Part shown: one piece after another, positions 18,218 to 25,951 of the stretch
Layout of the letters: the number at the start of each line of letters is the position of its first letter
Numbering within the stretch: the first letter of the stretch is position 1
NCBI GenBank assembly: GCA_963703225.1
Contig: OY969801.1
Span: 804,001 to 868,000, forward strand
Direction: 5' to 3'
Length of the DNA stretch: 64,000 nt
From: Candidatus Eiseniibacteriota bacterium
GTDB lineage: Bacteria; Eisenbacteria; RBG-16-71-46; SZUA-252
The notes under the pieces: generated by a model
Databases searched by the model: none
What the model was told of the DNA's origin: nothing
What the model saw: only the letters and a program-made list of their open reading frames with translations
Position numbers and translations under genes: made by a program

Positions 18218-19343
18218 GTGAGCCCACCCGATCGTCCTCGTAAGACCGTTCTCTCCGTTTTCGGCACCCGGCCGGAAGCCATCAAGATGGCGCCGGTCCT
18301 GAAGCTCCTCTCGCGCGAGGCGGGGATCCGTTCTCTCGTCTGCGTCACCGCGCAGCACCGCGAGATGCTCGACCAGGTGCTCTCGCTCTTCGAGATCCGC
18401 CCCGACCACGACCTCGACCTGATGCGGGAGGGGCAGACCCTCACCGAGATCACCACCCGCGCGCTGACGGAGCTGGCGCCCTATCTGGAGCGGGAGAGAC
18501 CCGACTTTCTCCTGGTCCAGGGGGACACCACGACCACGATGGCCGCCTCCCTGGCGGCGTTCTACGCGCGGGTGCCGGTGGGGCACATCGAGGCGGGGCT
18601 TCGGACGGGAGACAAGTCGTATCCCTACCCCGAAGAGGTGAACCGGCGGGTCACGACCGTGATCGCGGCGCACCACTTCGCGCCGACCGAGAAGGCGCGG
18701 CGAAATCTGCTCGCGGAGGGGATCTCGGACGCGGAGATCACCGTCACGGGCAACACCGTGATCGACGCGCTGCTCGAAGTGGTGAAGATCAAGCCCGAGC
18801 GCCTGCCGCAGCTCCCGCTGCGCGGGACAGCGGATCCTCCTCGTGACGGCCCACCGGCGCGAAAACTTTGGCGCGCCGCTTCAGGAAATCCTCGCCGCGC
18901 TCCGCGACCTGGTCACCCGCTACGCGGACGTCGACGTGGTCTACCCGGTGCACCGAAACCCGAATGTGGACGGCCCGGTGCGGGTCGCGCTCTCGAACGT
19001 TCCGGGCATTCACCTCATCGACCCGCTCGAGTACAAGGCCTTCGCCGATTTGATGGCCGCCTCCTATCTGATTCTCACCGACTCCGGCGGGATCCAGGAA
19101 GAAGCGCCCTCGCTGGGGAAGCCGGTCCTGGTGCTGCGCGACGAGACCGAGCGGCCGGAGGCGGTGGAGGCGGGCGTCGTCCAGCTGGTCGGCCCGCACC
19201 GCGAGAAGATCGTCGCGGCGGCCGTGGAGCTTCTGGACAACCCCAAGCGCTACGCCGCCATGGCGAACCGGATGAACCCCTACGGGGACGGGAAAGCGGC
19301 GGCGCGGATCCTCTCCAAGGTGCGAAAGCTGGTCGGGCCGTAA
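18218..19343 (+). CDS. wecB: UDP-N-acetylglucosamine 2-epimerase (non-hydrolysing); frame disrupted near 18815-18835
   Basis: N-terminal [14 protein letters not shown], central [14 protein letters not shown] and C-terminal [20 protein letters not shown] motifs in two frames. Confidence 0.75.
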
Positions 19344-19414
19344 GGGGGACGACCCCTCAGCGACCGGCGGGGATTGGCGACCGTCCCACCCCGTGAACCC
19401 GCCACGAACGGGCT

Positions 19415-19442
19415 TGGCAAGCCCTGCCGGCAGGTTCATTAT
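19415..19442 (+). promoter_or_regulatory. candidate sigma-70-like promoter (TTGGCA - 16 bp - CATTAT) with 12-bp palindrome CCTGCCGGCAGG in spacer
   Basis: Located ~45 bp upstream of the GGGAGGAGG RBS of the CxxCH gene; hexamers 5/6 and 4/6 to consensus. Confidence 0.3.
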
Positions 19443-19486
19443 GGCCCCGGGGCAAAGCGCCCCTTCCACCTAGGGAGGAGGTTGCT

Positions 19487-20155
19487 ATGAAGATTTCTAC
19501 CATGGTGATTGCCGCGTTCGCCTGCGCGATCACCGCATCGATTCCGATCAGCCTGCAGGGTCCAATGAAGGTGTCCGCTACTGTGCCGACTCCACCGCTG
19601 GGCAAGACGGGGGCTCTACCGAGCGAGGGTACTTGCGCCCAATGCCACAGCGGAGCCGCGACAACGGGCACGCCCTTTCTCACCGTCGTGCCGCCCATTA
19701 CCGAGTACGCCCCGGGCAACACGTACACGATCGGCGTGGGAGTCGAGGACTTTGGCATGGTTCGCTGGGGCTTCGAGGCGACGGTCCTAAAGGACTCCGA
19801 CAACACGACAGCCGGAAGCATCACGACCTTTGTCGATCCACACGTTGTGGCTTTGCCTTCCGGCGGCCGTATTTACGTTTGTCATACCACCAACGGGATA
19901 ACCTCCCCGAATGATCCCACGGACGGAACCTGGTGGGGGACGCAGGATGGCCCGGTCGCGTGGGGGTTTACCTGGACCGCTCCCGCGCAGGGAGCAGGGC
20001 CGGTGACGTTTTACGCCACCATGGTGGCAGCCAACGGGGACGATGACGCGAACAGCGCGGACAACACATACGTGACCACGATGACCCTCACCGAGGGCGC
20101 GCCGGTTGCGGTGACCCACACGACCTGGGGGAACATCAAGAACACCTACAAGTAA
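19487..20155 (+). CDS. secreted protein with single CxxCH heme-binding motif (putative c-type cytochrome-like domain)
   Basis: 222 aa; strong RBS; signal peptide; TCAQCHSG motif; Thr/Gly-rich beta-like remainder. Confidence 0.55.
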   Translation: MKISTMVIAAFACAITASIPISLQGPMKVSATVPTPPLGKTGALPSEGTCAQCHSGAATTGTPFLTVVPPITEYAPGNTYTIGVGVEDFGMVRWGFEATVLKDSDNTTAGSITTFVDPHVVALPSGGRIYVCHTTNGITSPNDPTDGTWWGTQDGPVAWGFTWTAPAQGAGPVTFYATMVAANGDDDANSADNTYVTTMTLTEGAPVAVTHTTWGNIKNTYK

Positions 20156-20163
20156 GCAGGAGC

Positions 20164-20952
20164 CTAGTGAGCCGTCGCCGTCTCGGGGCGGAACTTCCGC
20201 GCCACCCAGCGGAGTTGTTCCACCCCGAAGACGGCGTCTTCTTTCTCCTCGCCGTCCGACTTGGCGGCGGTCGCGTCGAACGCGGCGCAGGCTGACTCGT
20301 ACTGCGCGCGTCCTTCCGGCTCCCCGAGCGTCCAGCGCGCGATCCCCAGGTAGCCCGCGTAGAGAAGCACGCCGAAGTCGGAGCCGGCCCTGATTTCATC
20401 CCGCCCCGTTCCGACCACGGCGAGGCGCGCCAGCCCGGACGCCGTCTCGAACGCGCCGCGGGCCTCGTGAAGGTTCGCGAGCGACATCTGGTGCATTCCC
20501 ACGGCCCAGTAGGCCATCGCGCGGCGATCGGGGGTCTTCCCCAGCTCGCGCCGCCAACGGACGCAGTCCTCCGCCGCGCGGAGGCCCGCCTCGAAGTGCC
20601 GACGCTCGCGCGGCGCGTCGTCCGCCGGCCAGCACTCCGCGAGATCGGCCGAGAGGTTGTAGGAAAGGCGGTTCGCGAAATCGGTGAGCTTCCAGGCCGT
20701 CTCGCCGTCCTCGGTCTCCAGCGCCTGCCGCAGCGTCTCGCCAATCCCGGCCGTCACCACTTCCACCAGCGCGTCGAAGTCCCGCCCGGCCCACTCACGG
20801 TTGCCAAATTTCTTCTGCGCGATGGCGTAGACCGTCCGGCGCGTTTCGGGGTCGGCGATCGCGTCGATATAACGAACCACCTCCGGAGCGCCGCCGCGCT
20901 CCATGGCGGCTTTCAGCTCCTCCCATCGCCGTTCCTCGAGATCAGCGGTCAT
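20164..20952 (-). CDS. hypothetical protein (helical), co-directional with DegT-type aminotransferase
   Basis: 262 aa; starts 6 nt downstream of aminotransferase stop on minus strand; no recognised motif. Confidence 0.5.
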   Translation of the reverse strand: MTADLEERRWEELKAAMERGGAPEVVRYIDAIADPETRRTVYAIAQKKFGNREWAGRDFDALVEVVTAGIGETLRQALETEDGETAWKLTDFANRLSYNLSADLAECWPADDAPRERRHFEAGLRAAEDCVRWRRELGKTPDRRAMAYWAVGMHQMSLANLHEARGAFETASGLARLAVVGTGRDEIRAGSDFGVLLYAGYLGIARWTLGEPEGRAQYESACAAFDATAAKSDGEEKEDAVFGVEQLRWVARKFRPETATAH

Positions 20953-20957
20953 GGTTC

Positions 20958-22136
20958 TCAGCCCTTTCCGGTCAGGTGGAAGCGAACCCGTGCGGCGACG
21001 CGGTCGGCGTCGGCGTCGGTGAGGTCGGGGTAAATCGGAAGCGAGAGAGTCTCTTCAAAACAGCGCTCGGCACTCGGGAACGCGCCGGGCTTGAGACCCA
21101 AGCGCTCCTGATAGAAGGGGAAGAGATGGAGCGGCTTGAAGTGGACGCTGGTGCCGATTCCGTCTTCTCGGAGCGCGAGGGCGAGCGCCGTTCGATCGAG
21201 CCGCGCGGCCTTCGGGGTCACCGCGATCTGATAGAGGTGCCACGCGTGGCGCATGCCTTGGGCGACGGTCGGTGTCCGGAGCCCCGGAATCCCGGCGAGA
21301 GACTCTTCGTAGCGCCCGGCGATTGCCTCGCGGCGCGCGCGCATCGCCTCCGCGCGGCCCATCTGCGCCAGCGCCAAGGCGGCCTGGATGTCGGTCATGT
21401 TGTACTTGTATCCCAGCTCGGTAACATCGTAATCCCACCAGCCGCCCCTGTCGTACCGCGACCAGGCCGCGGCCGAGAGCCCGTGCAGCGAGAGCCGGCG
21501 GATCCGCTCCGCCCACTCCTCGCGCGCGGTGACCGCCATTCCGCCCTCTCCCGCCGTCACGCCTTTGGTGGCGTAGAACGAGAAACAGGTGATGTCGGCC
21601 TGGGTGCCCACGGGGACGTCCCAGATCCGAGCGGTGAGCGAATGGGCCGCGTCCTCGATCACCGGAATCTTGTGGCCATGCGCGATCGCGCCGATCTCCG
21701 CGGAGCGGCAGGGATGGCCCGCGAGGGAAACCGTCACGATGGCGCGCGTCTTGGGCGTGATCGCTTTCGGCAGGAGGGCCGGGTCCAGGTTCTTGGTCGC
21801 CGGCTCCACGTCCACGAAGACAGGCCGCGCGCCGAGATAGAGGATCGTCTCGCCGGTGGCCACGAAGGTGTAGGGCGAGGTGACCACCTCGTCGCCCTCC
21901 TTCACTCCGGCCGTGATGAGTGCCAGGTGGAGCGCCGCGGTGCAGGAGGAGAGCGAAACGGCGTGGAGGTCGGCGGCCCCGCTCTCCGGCGCGGCGACAT
22001 ACGACGCTACCGCGGCCTCCAGCTCCTTCGCCTTGGGCCCCGTCGTGAGCCAACCAGAGCGCAGCACCGCCGCCACCGCATCGAGCTCAGCCTGCGTGAT
22101 GGACGGGCGGTGAAAAGGGATGGGCGCCGCGGACAT
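20958..22136 (-). CDS. DegT/DnrJ/EryC1/StrS family PLP-dependent sugar aminotransferase
   Basis: 392 aa; IPFHRPSIT...SGWLTTGP N-terminus, PLP-lysine region FSFYATKGVTAGEGG. Confidence 0.85.
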   Translation of the reverse strand: MSAAPIPFHRPSITQAELDAVAAVLRSGWLTTGPKAKELEAAVASYVAAPESGAADLHAVSLSSCTAALHLALITAGVKEGDEVVTSPYTFVATGETILYLGARPVFVDVEPATKNLDPALLPKAITPKTRAIVTVSLAGHPCRSAEIGAIAHGHKIPVIEDAAHSLTARIWDVPVGTQADITCFSFYATKGVTAGEGGMAVTAREEWAERIRRLSLHGLSAAAWSRYDRGGWWDYDVTELGYKYNMTDIQAALALAQMGRAEAMRARREAIAGRYEESLAGIPGLRTPTVAQGMRHAWHLYQIAVTPKAARLDRTALALALREDGIGTSVHFKPLHLFPFYQERLGLKPGAFPSAERCFEETLSLPIYPDLTDADADRVAARVRFHLTGKG

Positions 22137-22253
22137 TCCGAAACGGTACCACAGGGCCGACTTCCATTGTCAGTGCTTGACTTACAGGCGAAATCGGTGT
22201 AACATAATTGTCTTGCCAGTCTCGCCTATGACCCCACATCTGAGGACCCATCC

Positions 22254-23081
22254 ATGACCAGGCATGCCGCGTTACGAGTGCGTCCGCTGTCGCCGATCCT
22301 CGTTGCAGCCTCCGTTCTAAGCCTCGGTATTTGGGCCGGTTGCGGCAGCGACGATAACAAGTCCTCGAATAACGGTGGCGGCGGTGGCGGGGGCACGACC
22401 ACCAGTTCCTTCACTGGCTGGCTCGCCAACTCGGTGGAAAACGGATCGGTCGCGATCACCGTCAACAAGGCAAATCTCGCGGGTCGCCCGAGGATTCCCA
22501 ACGCGCCGCGGGCCGCGGTTACCGCGAGCGGGACGCTCACTCTCTCGGGCGTCGCGCCCGTCGCACTTACCGGCACACTCGACGATACATCAGGCGATCT
22601 TGGACTGTCGGGGGGCGGATACACGCTGACCGGCCTTTACGATCCGGGTCCGCCGAGCAAACTCTTCGGATCGTATACCGGGCCGAACGGCAATGGAGGT
22701 TTCGACTGCGAGAGTGGCGGCTCGGCCTCGGCCACGGTGCTCTGCGGCGGCTGGACCAGCAGCGATCAGAGCGATTCCGGTACGTTTACCTTCTCGATCC
22801 GAGGCACAACGGTCGAAGGGATCGTCTATTCACCCGGGGCATCCCCGCCCTACGACGCGATCCCGTTCACCGGTACCGTCTCGGGCACGGGAACCACTCG
22901 TACGATTTCGGTCTCGTTCGAAATGCCGAACCTTTTCAGGCTCACCGCCTCCGGCACGCTCGATACGGCCACCAATACGGTGAGCAGCGGCACGTACTTA
23001 TTCGAAGACCTATCAGGCGCGGGGAACCCGGATCAGACCGGGTACTGGAGCGCCGCGCCTTGTCATAGCGGCACGCACTAA
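22254..23081 (+). CDS. secreted Gly/Thr/Ser-rich protein, lipoprotein-like
   Basis: 275 aa; signal peptide ending ...LGIWAGCGSDD (Cys after hydrophobic core); low-complexity G/T/S-rich body. Confidence 0.5.
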   Translation: MTRHAALRVRPLSPILVAASVLSLGIWAGCGSDDNKSSNNGGGGGGGTTTSSFTGWLANSVENGSVAITVNKANLAGRPRIPNAPRAAVTASGTLTLSGVAPVALTGTLDDTSGDLGLSGGGYTLTGLYDPGPPSKLFGSYTGPNGNGGFDCESGGSASATVLCGGWTSSDQSDSGTFTFSIRGTTVEGIVYSPGASPPYDAIPFTGTVSGTGTTRTISVSFEMPNLFRLTASGTLDTATNTVSSGTYLFEDLSGAGNPDQTGYWSAAPCHSGTH

Positions 23082-23091
23082 CCGCAAATTC

Positions 23092-23136
23092 ACGAAGACG
23101 ATTTCGAGAGGCGCTGGTTTCCCACCAGCGCCTCTT
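23092..23136. repeat. 45-bp hairpin-forming repeat, copy 1 (11-bp perfect stem AGAGGCGCTGG / CCAGCGCCTCT); likely bidirectional terminator
   Basis: 40/45 identity with 25954-25998; lies between convergent genes; reverse strand encodes ..EALVGNQRLSKSSS* homologous to the STK C-terminus. Confidence 0.5.
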
Positions 23137-23174
23137 TACAATTCAGGGGACAGGGCCGTCACGCCCTAGCCTGC

Positions 23175-23609
23175 TCACTTGCGTTTCGTGGACTTCTTAC
23201 CGCCAGAAGCATTGAGAGCGACGGCCGCGCGGATGAGCGCCTTGAACGCATTCGCGTCAATCTCCTCACCCTCGTGAATATCGATGGCGCGCCTTACGTT
23301 CCCGTCCAGGCTCGAGTTGAAGAGGTTGGCAGGATCCTTCAAGGAAGCGCCCTTATGGAAGGTCAGCTTCACGACCGACTTGTACGACTCTCCCGTGCAG
23401 ATGCCCCCATCATGGGACCATACCGGTGTTCCGGGGTTCGTCGGTTTCACCCACTTCACCTCTTCCACAACCTCAGGGTCGGCCTCCCTGATGAGGGCGC
23501 GCATCCTTGACAGTGCATCGCCTCTCCAGTCACCCAACTCGGCAATCCTTTCGCTGATTAGTTTGGTGGCCGCGTTGCCTGGTGCCTTTGGTGGACTCTT
23601 CATCGTCAT
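23175..23609 (-). CDS. DUF1801 (YdhG-like) domain protein
   Basis: 144 aa from ATG at 23609; WVKPTNPGTPVWSHDGGICTGESYKSVVKLTFHKGASL motif block typical of the family. Confidence 0.6.
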   Translation of the reverse strand: MTMKSPPKAPGNAATKLISERIAELGDWRGDALSRMRALIREADPEVVEEVKWVKPTNPGTPVWSHDGGICTGESYKSVVKLTFHKGASLKDPANLFNSSLDGNVRRAIDIHEGEEIDANAFKALIRAAVALNASGGKKSTKRK

Positions 23610-23671
23610 ACCTTTCGTTGGGGATAAGCCGCGTTGCCGATCCCGCCGTTGTTCGAGGACCCCTGCCAGCG

Positions 23672-24112
23672 CTACGGGACCCAACCGGGCAGGGCGGCCG
23701 CCTGTCGGATCCACGTCGCCATCTGCGCCTCGTCGAGCTGGTCGCCTTCGCGGATGTCGATGTAGCGCACTTCCTTCTGCTTGGACTCGCCGGGGGGGAC
23801 AGGGCGCAGTGACGTGCCGCGGAAGAAAGCCACCTTCACGTATTTCGTGAAGACATAAAAGCTGAGGAACCAGCCTTGGCCCTCGACTCCGTAGAACGGC
23901 GAGTTCCATTTGACCGCCTTACGCACGCCGGGGAGGGTGCGCACGATGAGCGCGTCGAGGCGGCGCCCGACGTCGCTTTTCCAGCCCGGCATGGCCGCGA
24001 TGTAGGCCTGCACGGGGGCGTCGCCGTCGCCCTTCGCGATCTGAGGGTTGCCGCCTGCGAGGAGGGTCGGCTTTGCGACCTTCGTCGACTTCTTGGACGT
24101 CCCTTTGGCCAT
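23672..24112 (-). CDS. DUF1801 (YdhG-like) domain protein, tandem paralogue
   Basis: 146 aa from internal ATG (MAKGTSKK...); VKWNSPFYGVEGQGWFLSFYVFTKYVKVAFFRG block parallel to neighbour. Confidence 0.6.
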   Translation of the reverse strand: MAKGTSKKSTKVAKPTLLAGGNPQIAKGDGDAPVQAYIAAMPGWKSDVGRRLDALIVRTLPGVRKAVKWNSPFYGVEGQGWFLSFYVFTKYVKVAFFRGTSLRPVPPGESKQKEVRYIDIREGDQLDEAQMATWIRQAAALPGWVP

Positions 24113-24152
24113 TGTATTCACTCCGACTAGGGTCAGACTCGCCTTCACGGTG

Positions 24153-24743
24153 CTAGGCTGCGGAGATCGCCTTGCGACGATTGGTCTCCGGCCAATCGAT
24201 CGAGCGCGAGCCATCGCGCCCCGGCGTCTGCCACGCGAGAGAGTAGTACGCCTGCCCCGTCACGCCGAGATACAAGCGATGGACCCGTTCGAAGAAGCCC
24301 GTGGTGTGATAGCTCCTCGGAAATCCGAGATGGACCGCATCCAGGTGATGCATGAACTCGTGGCACAGCGTGGCCAGGAGGGTCCGGCTGGAGGTCCATT
24401 TCCGAATCATCGGCGTTCGCGTCCAGAGCCGGATCCTCGTGAGGCTGAAGGTGTAGTCGCCGAGCAGCTCGGATGAGAGGAGCCCCTCGCGGGTACGATG
24501 TGGGCGAACGCCGAGCATCTCCACGCTCGGAGACGGAACCTCGTAGAACCCCGAGAATCCGTCGAGCAGCTCCTGACAGACTTGGGCCAAGGGAGCGCGC
24601 GCCTCCGCGTCGCGGGCGCTCTCGAGCAGCCCGAAGAGCGGCGTCAAGGTCACCGCGAGCGGCACGGGGACCTCCACGAGGCGGCTGCTGTCGTCGTATT
24701 CCTGGCGAAGCTTGGCGCGCGAAGGTCTGCGATCGGTCACCAT
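24153..24743 (-). CDS. hypothetical protein with HExxH motif (putative zinc-dependent hydrolase)
   Basis: 196 aa; LCHEFMHHLD motif; no other recognised feature. Confidence 0.45.
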   Translation of the reverse strand: MVTDRRPSRAKLRQEYDDSSRLVEVPVPLAVTLTPLFGLLESARDAEARAPLAQVCQELLDGFSGFYEVPSPSVEMLGVRPHRTREGLLSSELLGDYTFSLTRIRLWTRTPMIRKWTSSRTLLATLCHEFMHHLDAVHLGFPRSYHTTGFFERVHRLYLGVTGQAYYSLAWQTPGRDGSRSIDWPETNRRKAISAA

Positions 24744-24786
24744 CGTCCGGAAATCTTCTACGCTGGGCCTGTGAAGTCAATGCCCT

Positions 24787-25089
24787 CTAGCTGGCTTCAC
24801 CGGGGATCCGCCTGGCCGAGTCGCTGCCAGGCTCAGTGCGTCGCTCGCCGCGCCACTTGGTGGCGTACGGCAGCACGAACAAGTAGAGACCGGTCAACAG
24901 GAGCAAGGCGAGCGGGGCCAGCGGCACGTAGCTCACCCAGACGACAGGCTCCTTCTGTGCCAGGGCGACGAAGGTGACGATGACGGACACCGTAAAGGCG
25001 ATGGACAGCCAACGGTGGATCTGCCGAACCCATTGGTTCCAGTTCACTGAAACCTCCTTTGAAGACGAGCCCGAACTCGACCGGCTCAT
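24787..25089 (-). CDS. small membrane protein
   Basis: 100 aa from ATG at 25089 overlapping upstream stop (ATGA); two hydrophobic helices. Confidence 0.4.
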   Translation of the reverse strand: MSRSSSGSSSKEVSVNWNQWVRQIHRWLSIAFTVSVIVTFVALAQKEPVVWVSYVPLAPLALLLLTGLYLFVLPYATKWRGERRTEPGSDSARRIPGEAS

Positions 25090-25532
25090 GGGATCCTCGC
25101 GAGCAGGTCGACGAGCCTCCCGCCCATCATCTTCCAGCCGTAGCGCGCACCGCCGAAGTTCCGCTTCTGGTCCGGCTTGAAGCCCGACTGCACGAGGGAC
25201 AGGCGCGTGCCCGACGCCGTGGGCGTGAGCGTGAAGGTCACGACGGTGTCTATCTCCATATCGCCAACGACCCACGTGTAGCTGAGCTTCCTGTGCGCTT
25301 CGATCTCAAGGACCCGGCAGTTCACGGTGCCGTCCCACCCGGGGTGCGGCTGCGTCTTGAACGTGAACGCGGCCCCCAGCTCGAGCTTGAGCTCGACGAC
25401 GGGCAGGAGCCACCCGGTCAGCAGCATGGGGTCGGTGAGCGCGCGCCACACCTTCTCCGGCGAATGATGCAAATCGAACTCGAACGCAATGGATTCGGTT
25501 TGCGATGGGGCGGTCCTGTCGATGGGGTTCAT
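25086..25532 (-). CDS. SRPBCC / AHSA1 (activator of Hsp90 ATPase homologue)-like protein
   Basis: 148 aa from ATG at 25532; coupled by overlapping stop/start to ArsR gene; fold-family call from overall pattern, moderate certainty. Confidence 0.6.
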   Translation of the reverse strand: MNPIDRTAPSQTESIAFEFDLHHSPEKVWRALTDPMLLTGWLLPVVELKLELGAAFTFKTQPHPGWDGTVNCRVLEIEAHRKLSYTWVVGDMEIDTVVTFTLTPTASGTRLSLVQSGFKPDQKRNFGGARYGWKMMGGRLVDLLARIP

Positions 25533-25858
25533 TCGTCCATTTTCTCCAGCAGCTGTCGAAGGCGATCGACGTGCTCCGTCCAGAAGGCGCGGTAGTGCGC
25601 GATCCAGTCGATGAGCGGCTTCATCCCGCGCGGCCGCACCCGGTAATAGGCGCAGCGCCCCTCGCGCCGCGCGTTCACCAGGCCGGCCCGTTTCAAGGTG
25701 GCGAGGTGCTGCGAGACCGCCGGCTGCGAGATGTCGAAGCGCGCCGTGAGGTCCTTGACCGCCACTTCGCCACGCGTGAGAGACTCGAAGATCGCCCTGC
25801 GGCTGGGGTCCGCCAGCGCCTGGAAGATCTTGCCTTCGGCCACGGCCGCGCTCTGCAT
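25529..25858 (-). CDS. ArsR/SmtB family transcriptional regulator
   Basis: LADPSRRAIFESL...VKDLTARFDISQPAVSQHLATLKRAGLV winged-helix signature. Confidence 0.8.
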   Translation of the reverse strand: MQSAAVAEGKIFQALADPSRRAIFESLTRGEVAVKDLTARFDISQPAVSQHLATLKRAGLVNARREGRCAYYRVRPRGMKPLIDWIAHYRAFWTEHVDRLRQLLEKMDE

Positions 25859-25951
25859 GCATGAAAGATAAGCCAATACTTATTGATTGTCAAGCCCGCA
25901 GATTCGGCCGCCGGGGATCGGCGGAACAGGGGGCCAGGGCGGGTGGGGAGC

